From Candidatus Velamenicoccus archaeovorus (GTDB taxonomy: Bacteria > Omnitrophota > Gorgyraeia > Velamenicoccales > Velamenicoccaceae): a DNA stretch of 32,000 nt. The stretch spans positions 1,650,001-1,682,000 of the forward strand of contig NZ_CP019384.1 of NCBI RefSeq assembly GCF_004102945.1. The letters run 5' to 3'. A program made the position numbers and the translations under genes. The notes beneath the pieces are model-generated. The model was not told the DNA's origin. It saw only the letters and a program-made list of their open reading frames with translations, and did not search any database. Below are positions 8,082 through 15,514 of this stretch, piece after piece (positions within the stretch are counted from its first letter, which is position 1; every line of letters starts with the position of its first letter).

Positions 8082-8315
8082 TCAACCTTTCTTTTTATTA
8101 ATGACGCCGGCGATCTGGTCAAGCGTCTGGTATTTCGTCACTTCCTTCTCTCCGAGCTGCACGCCGAATTCTTTCTGAAGGGCAATGCAGACCTCGACCA
8201 TCTCCGTCGAATCGACGCCCAGGCTCTGCTCAAGGGTCTGGCCTTCTTTAAGCTCTTCCGGCCTGACCTTAAGCAACTTCACGACGACGTCCTTCACCTT
8301 TCCTTTCGTGTCCAT
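8082..8315 (-). CDS. Acyl carrier protein
   Basis: 77-aa ORF with the phosphopantetheine attachment motif LGVDSTEMVEV and an acidic helix-II region. Confidence 0.9.
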   Translation of the reverse strand: MDTKGKVKDVVVKLLKVRPEELKEGQTLEQSLGVDSTEMVEVCIALQKEFGVQLGEKEVTKYQTLDQIAGVINKKKG

Positions 8316-8538
8316 CTAGCCTCCTTTAATGAGCGCAGAATTTACGGAACGATAGTGAACGTAAATTGTTTTGCGCGAATTAAACCCAGCACTAATTTTA
8401 CTGATATACTTTTCTATATCGCAACAACCTGTCCCCCAACACCAACGTTTATCTCTACATCTAAACTTGTTAGTAAAATTGGTGCTGGGTCAAATGCGGA
8501 CATTAAGTTGTGTTCGCCTTGCTCCACAACTTAAGTCC
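8316..8538 (-). promoter_or_regulatory. Structured 223-nt spacer between the KS-beta and ACP genes
   Basis: Three inverted repeats are present. GGACATTAAGTTGTG pairs with CACAACTTAAGTCC next to the KS-beta stop. ACCCAGCACTAATTTTACT pairs with AGTAAAATTGGTGCTGGGT at 18 of 19 positions. CGCAGAATTTACG pairs with CGTAAATT..TGCG next to the ACP RBS. Confidence 0.45.
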
Positions 8539-9777
8539 TTATTTGACTTTTTCCAAAGCGACGACCGCATTGATCCCGCCGCGTCCTCGCGAAATCACCA
8601 GCGCCTTATGAATCTCGGCCGGCCGGGCCTTTTCTCTCACATAATCCAGCCCCGCGCAACGGGGATCCACATCTTTAAGGTTCAGCGTAGGAGGAATAAG
8701 GCTATGCTCCATGGCCAGCAAGGTGATGATGATGTCGACGGCGCCCGACGCCCCCAGAAGATTGCCGAACATGGTCTTGGGCGCGCTGACAGGCAGATGC
8801 GCCGCGCGGCTGCCGAAAACATCTTTGATGGCCGCGGCTTCGCTCACATCGCCTTCTATGGTCGCCGCGCCGTCCAAAGAAATGTAATCGATGTCCTGCG
8901 GCTTATAGCCGGCGTCATCCAAGGCCATGCGGATGGCGCGCGCCAGCTCTTTGCCGTCGGGATTCGCCTTGATCCTGTCCACGCCGTCGCAGGTCGTACC
9001 GTATCCCGTGATATAACCGTAAGGCTTGCGGCCACGCGCCTGAACCCGCTCCTGCGGCTCAAAAATCATAATGCCGGCGCCTTCTCCGACGACAAAACCA
9101 GCCCTGTTTTTATCGAACGGCTTATACGCGGACTCGGGATGTTCGTTATCCACAGACAAGTCGCCGTTGGTATTGCAACACAATAGACCGTAGGGCGACA
9201 AGGGCGCTTCCATGCCTCCGGCGAGGATAAAATCCAGTTTGTCCTTACCCAGCACCTTGGCCCCGTGGCCGATGGCCATCAATGAGCTCGCCCTGTCGGA
9301 GACGACGGTCTTGGAATACCCTTTGATGCCGTAATAAATGGAAACCTGCCCCTGCGGCGCCGCCGGAAACCATGCCGAAGCCATGTAAGGGCTTACCCCT
9401 TCGCGCCCTTCGATATAAAGGTCGCGCAACTCGGTCTCTCCGTAAAGCCACCCGCCCAGGGCATTGCCCATGAAGATGCCGATATGGTTCAGGTTCTCTT
9501 TGGTCAGGTCGATACCCGCGTCCTTGAGGGCCATCTCGGAGGCGATCAGGGCCATATGGGAAAACGGGTCTATCTTCTGGAGCAGGCGCGAAGAGATATG
9601 CGAGTAGGCGTCAAGCTGGTGGATCTGGCCGCCGATGTGCGACGGATACAGCTGTGCGTCATAACGGTCGATGGTCTTGATCTCCGAACGGCCGGCCTTG
9701 ATATTGGCCCAAAAGACCTTCTTGTCTATCCCGGAGGGAGCAACGATGCCGATACCTGTGATGGCGATCTTCTTCAT
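8539..9777 (-). CDS. Ketosynthase beta / chain-length-factor-like subunit (catalytic triad absent)
   Basis: 412-aa thiolase-fold ORF. In an ungapped alignment to the neighbouring KS anchored on AG(A/G)xEAPL, GYG and DIDY, the positions of Cys, His and His are Arg (VVSDRASS), Asp (TTCDGVD) and Asp (SLDGAAT). The start codon shares one base with the KS-alpha stop (TAATG at 9775-9779). Confidence 0.85.
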   Translation of the reverse strand: MKKIAITGIGIVAPSGIDKKVFWANIKAGRSEIKTIDRYDAQLYPSHIGGQIHQLDAYSHISSRLLQKIDPFSHMALIASEMALKDAGIDLTKENLNHIGIFMGNALGGWLYGETELRDLYIEGREGVSPYMASAWFPAAPQGQVSIYYGIKGYSKTVVSDRASSLMAIGHGAKVLGKDKLDFILAGGMEAPLSPYGLLCCNTNGDLSVDNEHPESAYKPFDKNRAGFVVGEGAGIMIFEPQERVQARGRKPYGYITGYGTTCDGVDRIKANPDGKELARAIRMALDDAGYKPQDIDYISLDGAATIEGDVSEAAAIKDVFGSRAAHLPVSAPKTMFGNLLGASGAVDIIITLLAMEHSLIPPTLNLKDVDPRCAGLDYVREKARPAEIHKALVISRGRGGINAVVALEKVK

Positions 9778-11042
9778 TATTGACCCTCCTGGTAACGCTT
9801 CATGACCAGAGACGAATGGATCCCGGAAAATCCGCTCGATGTCTTCAGGATCAAGTCCACCTTTTTCTCAATCGCTTTGTTAGGAATGTAATTCAGGTCG
9901 CACTGCGGATCGCGCACCTCCTGGTTGATCGTCGGAGGAATCAGGTTGCGCTCGAAAATGATGGAGGCCATCACCATCTCGATGGCATTGGCCGCCGCCA
10001 AGGGGTGGCCGATCATGGATTTGAGCGAACTGATCGGTATGCGATACGCCTCTTCGCCCAGGGCGATCTTGTAGGCATTGGTCTCAAAGACGTCGTTCAT
10101 CCGCGTCGAGGAACCGTGCGCATTGACGTAATCGATATCCTTGGGCGCGATCCGGGCGTCCTTGAGCGCGAGCGTGATGCAATTCGCCATGGCCAGGCCG
10201 TCGGCCGGAAGGTCCGTCATGTGGAAAGCGTTATTACAGGTGCCGTAACCGATGATCTCGCAATAAATATGCGCCCCTCGCTTTTTAGCATGCTCAAGTT
10301 CTTCCAAGACCAGAATGCCGCATCCTTCGGAAAGCACAAAGCCGTCGCGTTTGTTGTCAAACGGCCGCGAGGCCTTCTCCGGCTCATCGTTCCTGGCGGA
10401 CAAGACGCTCACCACGTCAAAGGCGCCGAAGGTGATGGGCGTCAGGGGCGCTTCCGAGGCGCCCGCGATCATGATATCCGCGTCACCGTCGGCGATCGTT
10501 TCAAAACAGAACCCCATGGAATCGGTCCCAGCCGTGCATCCGGTCGATATCGTATTGCAGATACCATTGAGATGGTATTTGGCGGCAATCTCGGCCGAAG
10601 GCGTATTGAACATGGAGGCATCATAAAGGTAAGGCCGCACAAGGCGGGGATCGATGGGATTTTTGCCGTTATCCGTCACCAGCGCGAATTCTTCTTCCAT
10701 GTATTTGGTGCCGCAGATGGCATTGGCCAGGCTTACGCCGGCGCGCTGCCTGTTGATCTTTGAAAAATCCAGCTTGGCGTCTTTGACCGCCATCTGGGCC
10801 GCCACGACCGCGAACTGCACATAGCGGTCCATCCGCTCCGCTTCTTCTTCATTCAAGCCCAGCTCGAACGGATTGAACTCCTTGGAATAAGCGGCGATCC
10901 GCGTGCGGAACATCGAGACATCAAACATATCGACCCTGCGCACGGCGGAAACGCCGCCGACCATGGCCTTCCAGCAATTTTCTTTTCCGATACCGTTGGG
11001 CGATATGACACCCAGGCCTGTCACCACAACTCGTCTCTTCAT
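9777..11042 (-). CDS. Ketosynthase alpha (type II PKS-type KS)
   Basis: Active-site ISTGCTAGTD, with the His residues in AFHMTD and NAHGSST. I prefer the start at MKRRVVVTGLG (ATG 11042, AAGGAG 8 nt upstream). The 21 extra N-terminal residues in the track ORF come from an intergenic repeat. Confidence 0.9.
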   Translation of the reverse strand: MKRRVVVTGLGVISPNGIGKENCWKAMVGGVSAVRRVDMFDVSMFRTRIAAYSKEFNPFELGLNEEEAERMDRYVQFAVVAAQMAVKDAKLDFSKINRQRAGVSLANAICGTKYMEEEFALVTDNGKNPIDPRLVRPYLYDASMFNTPSAEIAAKYHLNGICNTISTGCTAGTDSMGFCFETIADGDADIMIAGASEAPLTPITFGAFDVVSVLSARNDEPEKASRPFDNKRDGFVLSEGCGILVLEELEHAKKRGAHIYCEIIGYGTCNNAFHMTDLPADGLAMANCITLALKDARIAPKDIDYVNAHGSSTRMNDVFETNAYKIALGEEAYRIPISSLKSMIGHPLAAANAIEMVMASIIFERNLIPPTINQEVRDPQCDLNYIPNKAIEKKVDLILKTSSGFSGIHSSLVMKRYQEGQ

Positions 11043-11203
11043 GAAAAACACTCCTTTAATCACCAGTGACCAAGAAACAAATCCCAAGCAAATTCCAAAT
11101 CCCAATCACCAATGATCAAACAAACAACAGCGCTGTTTGATTATTGAATCTTGGTGATTGGTTATTGTTTGAGATTGCATCTTGGAGCTTGATTATTGAC
11201 GCG
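11043..11203. repeat. CCAAAT/ATTTGG-rich long hairpin element, copy 1
   Basis: CCAATCACCAA (11102-11112) pairs with TTGGTGATTGG (11151-11161). The central palindrome is AACAGCGCTGTT (11126-11137). The arms share segments with the element at 15335-15514 in inverted orientation. Confidence 0.6.
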
Positions 11204-11836
11204 CTATTTGTCTTTTTCTTCCACTCTCGTCAATTTGAAAACAACATGGCCGCCGTCGGGACACGTCAGCGTATCCAATGAATCCGGGTTTTCCATGAAC
11301 GGATATGACGCCCCGAAATTCAATGCAAACAGCGTCGGGAACATCATATGATAGGCCGCCCCGCAAAAGCCGTCGGGGCACTTGAGCCCTTTGACACGGA
11401 TCTTGTCGCCGATCTCGTAGCCATAATGACACTTGCCTGTGCACTCCTTGATTTCGATGTCCATGGTCTTGGGGTTCGGGCCCGCGGGTGCCGCGCTTCG
11501 GGGCTTCGCCAAAACATTTCCTTGTTCATCAATGACTTCGATCAAAAATTCCACTTTCTTTCCGTCCGGACACGTCGTACGCAAAGACCGCGTGTTTTCC
11601 ATAAAAGGGAACTCTGCACCGAAAGTCAAGGCATACATCGCCGGGAACATCGAATGCACCGCCCCCAGACAGAAATCTTTCTGCGGATGGGTAAAATCCT
11701 CGAAAACAAACTGGTTGCCCACCTCATAGTGGTGATAACAAAATCCTTCTTTCTTGACGACGGTCGCGCGCAAGCGGCAGAATTTCATCCGCAGTCTCCG
11801 CCGCAGCGCCCCAAATGTCTGTTTTTTCTCTTCCAT
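11204..11836 (-). CDS. Tandem-duplicated TIGR04076-like Cys-rich protein
   Basis: Two internal repeats of about 95 aa share C-[HY]-H-x-Y-E-[VI]-G ... FC-x-[GA]-A-x-H-x-MFP-x-x-x-AL-x-FGA-x-x-PFMEN-x-x-SL-x-T-x-CPDG. I prefer the ATG at 11836 (GGGAG 6 nt upstream) over the GTG at 11878. Confidence 0.65.
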   Translation of the reverse strand: MEEKKQTFGALRRRLRMKFCRLRATVVKKEGFCYHHYEVGNQFVFEDFTHPQKDFCLGAVHSMFPAMYALTFGAEFPFMENTRSLRTTCPDGKKVEFLIEVIDEQGNVLAKPRSAAPAGPNPKTMDIEIKECTGKCHYGYEIGDKIRVKGLKCPDGFCGAAYHMMFPTLFALNFGASYPFMENPDSLDTLTCPDGGHVVFKLTRVEEKDK

Positions 11837-11887
11837 CTTAAACTCCCTGTCTCCTCGAGGCCCCCTCAAAAAACGCACAGCCTGATA

Positions 11888-12883
11888 TCAAACTTCCAAG
11901 GCCGCAAGAATTTGTTCCTCCGTCATATATTTTCCAGACTTCTCCACCTGATGCACCATCTCAACGATCCGGGAATTCAGGACCGCGTCGACATTATGAA
12001 GCTTGGCCTGATTGGCGAATTCGCCGTTAATATAATCGATCTCCGAAGGCCGGCCGCGCCGGATACTCTGGAGGATCGAACCATACAGCGGCTCCCGGCT
12101 CAGATTCACCATGATCTGCGAATAAACGGGCGCTGCCTGGTCCGGCGGCATGCGGGTCAACCCCTTAAGCTTCTCAACATCGAACTCCGGCATGCTCGCC
12201 GGTGCGATACCGAGTTTTTCCAAAAGATCGAATCCTTCCCGCTGGAGCCGCAAGGCCAGCTTGCACATCTCCATGTTCGCATACGTCTCCTGGATGCTCT
12301 TGCCCAGGATCGCCGGCAGGGCATTGCCGGAATTCAAAAAAATCTTCGTCCATTTCATCGCCTGGATGTTCTCGACTTCTTCGGCCGCAAATGCCGGCGT
12401 CAAAAAATCGACGACCGCCTTGACCTTTGCGTCATTGGTTCCTCCGGGCCGGCCGATCAGCCATTTGCCCTCAAAATTATGCACGACCTTGTTGTAGGGA
12501 ACATAGGTCGCGCCGAACATAACGATGCTCGAGATGATCCTCTCCTCGCCCAGCATCACCCCCAGGAGCTTGTCGGCACGCACGCCGTTCTGGGCCGAAA
12601 GGATGTCGGCCTGGGCCAAAAAGACGCGCGACTTGTCGACGGCATCCCGGATATCCTGGGTCTTAACCGTCACGATCGCCAGGTCCACGCGCTCTTCCAG
12701 CCGCGGCCGAACGTCCAAATAAACGACCGAACGCCCGCGCACGCCGTCAATCACGAACCCTTCACGCTCTACCGCCTCTTTCTGCTCCGGGCGGCCGACC
12801 GCGACCACAGGGATTCCGCGAGACTTCAAGCAGCAGGCGACGAGCCCGCCGATAGCTCCCAATCCGATAACGGCAACCTTCAT
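11888..12883 (-). CDS. Ketopantoate reductase (ApbA/PanE) family NAD(P)H oxidoreductase
   Basis: 331-aa ORF with the N-terminal MKVAVIGLGAIGG dinucleotide fold and a C-terminal ApbA_C-like block RGRPSEIDYINGEF. Confidence 0.85.
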   Translation of the reverse strand: MKVAVIGLGAIGGLVACCLKSRGIPVVAVGRPEQKEAVEREGFVIDGVRGRSVVYLDVRPRLEERVDLAIVTVKTQDIRDAVDKSRVFLAQADILSAQNGVRADKLLGVMLGEERIISSIVMFGATYVPYNKVVHNFEGKWLIGRPGGTNDAKVKAVVDFLTPAFAAEEVENIQAMKWTKIFLNSGNALPAILGKSIQETYANMEMCKLALRLQREGFDLLEKLGIAPASMPEFDVEKLKGLTRMPPDQAAPVYSQIMVNLSREPLYGSILQSIRRGRPSEIDYINGEFANQAKLHNVDAVLNSRIVEMVHQVEKSGKYMTEEQILAALEV

Positions 12884-13023
12884 CCCCTTAAATCTCCAAA
12901 AAATACTGCTGGCCGCTAAACACCGTCTTATTCATGCCCCATGGGTCGGCTAACCACATAGCGGAAGGACTAATCTACAAGGGACAGGCCTGCGCATACC
13001 ACACCAGGAGGGCCTGGCGGGAC

Positions 13024-13542
13024 TCACTGTGTCTCCATGAATATCTTCAGGTTCCCCAGTATCTCTTTGATGTTACGGTCGTGCAGGCGCCGAAAGACCA
13101 GAAACCACAGAAACCTGTTTAAAGATCCGCACACCTCGTAATGCATGGCGTACTCCACCCGCCAGCCGCCGGCCACCCTCTGGAAACTCACTTGCTCGAA
13201 TCCCTTGAACATCCCGTCGAGAAACCTGCGGGAAATGCCCCCGTTCGTCACCTCGCTGACCTCAACGCGCCACCGGGGCGCCAAGGGCAAAAGCACCTTC
13301 TGCATATAGAGGGTGCCTACGGCAACTTCGCCCGAGGAGAGGCGCTTGAAGGCCATCAAAGAACCCTTCGGCCACCACTCCGCCTCCCCCCAGCAGATGA
13401 TTTCTTTTCTCAAAAGAGCAGGTTGGTCCGTCCTGATGATGATGGAATGCCTGTTTTCTTCCACTGTCAGCGGACGCTTGCGCCGTTCCTGACCGGCAGA
13501 CGCCGTTTGAAAAAATTTTCCCGTTTCGCCATGCTCCATCAC
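13024..13542 (-). CDS. SRPBCC-like hypothetical protein
   Basis: 172-aa ORF. The beta-rich middle and long C-terminal helix (NRFLWFLVFRRLHDRNIKEILGNLK) are compatible with a Bet v1/SRPBCC fold. Only its gene context supports a function. Confidence 0.45.
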   Translation of the reverse strand: MMEHGETGKFFQTASAGQERRKRPLTVEENRHSIIIRTDQPALLRKEIICWGEAEWWPKGSLMAFKRLSSGEVAVGTLYMQKVLLPLAPRWRVEVSEVTNGGISRRFLDGMFKGFEQVSFQRVAGGWRVEYAMHYEVCGSLNRFLWFLVFRRLHDRNIKEILGNLKIFMETQ

Positions 13543-13593
13543 AACAACCTTGCGCCCACAGGGTCCTCTCTTGAAACCAATGTGATATTTTTT

Positions 13594-13869
13594 CTAACGG
13601 GGCAGATTGTATTTCTTATAATCAAAGCCCACATCGTCCAGGAGCTTGATCATCAAAGAATAGAACTGCATAGGCACCTCGGAGAACATGGCGCGCATCA
13701 GATCCTCTTCCTCGACGGTCCTGGAGCCGCGCGTCTTGGCGTTTTGTTCCGCCTTCTGGGTGGCGCCGACCTCCGTCATGTGCCGATGGAAAATCGGCAT
13801 CTTGGAGAGCATCTTATTGAAGCGCTCTTCCGTCGTCTTTTCCCAACTCATGGTGATATGCTCAGACAT
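13594..13869 (-). CDS. PCP_red (protochlorophyllide reductase subunit B C-terminal-like) small protein
   Basis: 91-aa ORF. SWEKTTEERFNKMLSKMPIFHRHMTEVGATQKAEQNAKTRGSRTVEEEDL fits the W..eA...l..iP.F.R......E..A...G...vt.e.l pattern. AGGAG lies 6 nt upstream. The ORF overlaps the radical SAM stop by 8 nt. Confidence 0.55.
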   Translation of the reverse strand: MSEHITMSWEKTTEERFNKMLSKMPIFHRHMTEVGATQKAEQNAKTRGSRTVEEEDLMRAMFSEVPMQFYSLMIKLLDDVGFDYKKYNLPR

Positions 13870-15334
13870 ACAAATCTCCTTTAGTGGCCGCAGCCTCGAA
13901 CTTGGAGATGTTCGCCATATAGTCCTTGACGCAGAGTTTGGCCAGATCTGAATAATTGCCGGCCATGATCCTATGGATACGGTGGGGCCTTGAGAAAAAT
14001 TCCCTCATGCACCAGGACCCCAGACGCCCGACCTCTTCGACGGAAAGGTGTTTAGTCGGGACAACCGGATGCTGAAAATCCCAAGCCTTGAGGCTGATCT
14101 TGGCTGGATCCAGCAGGCCCTCCTTGACGACCTTCTTCCAGAGGGGAGATCCGGGCACGGGTGTCACAAACTGCAACGCAAAAATATCCGGGTCCACCTG
14201 ATCGGCAAATGAAAACCGTTTCTTGACGGCTTCCTCCGTATCATCCTCAAAACCGATCATGAACGTCCCGATCGTCGCGATATTATTCCTGCGCAGGGCA
14301 TCAACGGTCTTCTTGATCTGCGAAACCGTCACCCCTTTGCCGATCCGCGACAACTCGGCATCATCACTGACCTCAATGCCGACCAACCCCATGAACATAC
14401 CGGCCTGCTTCATCAAGGGAATCAAATCCTCCTGTCTCGACCAGTCGTCCGCACGGCCGAGGATCACCCAATTGATCTTGATGCCTTTCTCGAGGATGCC
14501 GTTACAGACATCCTTCACCATATCGTAATTCACGTTAAAGGCGTCATCCTGAAAGACGACGGTCTTGACGCCGAATTTTTTCGTCAAGAGCTCCAGTTCT
14601 TCGACGATCCGGCCGGCGGAGTGCGAACGCCAGGAGACAAAATCCTGCGGAAAGCGCGGATCATACTGGCTCCATTCATAACAGAAAGAACATCCGCCCG
14701 GACACCCGCGGCTGGTAAAAAGCTCGCAGAAATTCGTCCAGTAGGTGTGCGCCACGTATTTCTCCATAGGGAACAGATCGTAAGCAGGTAAAGGAAGAAC
14801 GTCGATATCCTTGATCAGCTCCCTGTGGGGGCCGACCGCGACCTGCCCGGCCTTGCGGGACGCCAGACCGGCGATGCGGGAATAATCCGCCCCTTTTGCG
14901 TCGTCGAGCTTGCGCAGCAATTCATCCAGCGTCTGTTCGCCTTCCCCGATCAGGACAAAATCGATCGCCGGATTTTCTTCCAATGTTTCCCGATAAAGGG
15001 CTGAATACCACAGGCCGCCGACGGCCACCTTGCTATGCGGACTCACCTCTTTGACGGCCTGGGCTATTTTGTTAAAATGCCAGATGACCGCCAGTCCGCC
15101 TGTCGAATGCAGGATATCGCCCAAAACAACAAGGTCGGGCCCGATATCCTTGATCTTCGCCTTGATGCCGTCGTAGGTAAGATCGAGCGCGCGCGCATCC
15201 ACGACAAAAGGCTCTCCGGACTGTTTTTGCCGGACATAGGCCGCCAATTGGGCATAATACTGGTTAGGCGCCTTGATCACGCCGTGCGTCGCCCATCCAC
15301 CGATCGGAGGCATGATGAACAATACTTTTTTCAT
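13862..15334 (-). CDS. B12-binding domain radical SAM enzyme (paralog 2)
   Basis: 490-aa ORF with cluster motif SRGCPGGCSFCYEW. It is collinear with the ORF at 861-2348 along its whole length. GAGGAG lies 6 nt upstream of the ATG. Confidence 0.9.
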   Translation of the reverse strand: MKKVLFIMPPIGGWATHGVIKAPNQYYAQLAAYVRQKQSGEPFVVDARALDLTYDGIKAKIKDIGPDLVVLGDILHSTGGLAVIWHFNKIAQAVKEVSPHSKVAVGGLWYSALYRETLEENPAIDFVLIGEGEQTLDELLRKLDDAKGADYSRIAGLASRKAGQVAVGPHRELIKDIDVLPLPAYDLFPMEKYVAHTYWTNFCELFTSRGCPGGCSFCYEWSQYDPRFPQDFVSWRSHSAGRIVEELELLTKKFGVKTVVFQDDAFNVNYDMVKDVCNGILEKGIKINWVILGRADDWSRQEDLIPLMKQAGMFMGLVGIEVSDDAELSRIGKGVTVSQIKKTVDALRRNNIATIGTFMIGFEDDTEEAVKKRFSFADQVDPDIFALQFVTPVPGSPLWKKVVKEGLLDPAKISLKAWDFQHPVVPTKHLSVEEVGRLGSWCMREFFSRPHRIHRIMAGNYSDLAKLCVKDYMANISKFEAAATKGDLYV

Positions 15335-15514
15335 AGAAACTCCTCTTGCCTAATCACAAGCCGCACGTTAAATTCCAAACACCAAGCTCCAAATTCCAAA
15401 CAATGTTCAAATCTCAATTGACCAACGACCAGCATCTTTTATATTTGTAATTTTGGTGATTGGAATTTGTTTGGGATTTGGAAATTGGGATTTTGGATTT
15501 TTTCATTCTATGCC
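15335..15514. repeat. CCAAAT/ATTTGG-rich long hairpin element, copy 2
   Basis: CCAAATTCCAAACAA (15389-15403) pairs with TTGTTTGGGATTTGG (15467-15481) at 14 of 15 positions. TTGGTGATTGG (15453-15463) is identical to 11151-11161, and TTGGAGCTTG is also shared. Confidence 0.6.

Noticed and set aside
8371-10763. Plus-strand ORFs 8371-9186 and 9780-10763, antisense to the KS genes
   Set aside because: Their Arg/His/Gly-rich translations are typical of antisense frames in GC-rich coding DNA. The KS motifs are unambiguous on the minus strand.
11348-12919. 523-aa plus-strand ORF, the longest decoy
   Set aside because: It runs antisense across two independent minus-strand genes (TIGR04076-like and ketopantoate reductase-like), each with its own RBS and family motifs. 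Its own translation is Arg/His/Pro-rich with no motif.
12953-12963. An 11-mer, ccgctatgtgg, shared in inverted orientation with 20604-20614
   Set aside because: A single 11-nt match is expected by chance many times in 32 kb when both strands are considered.
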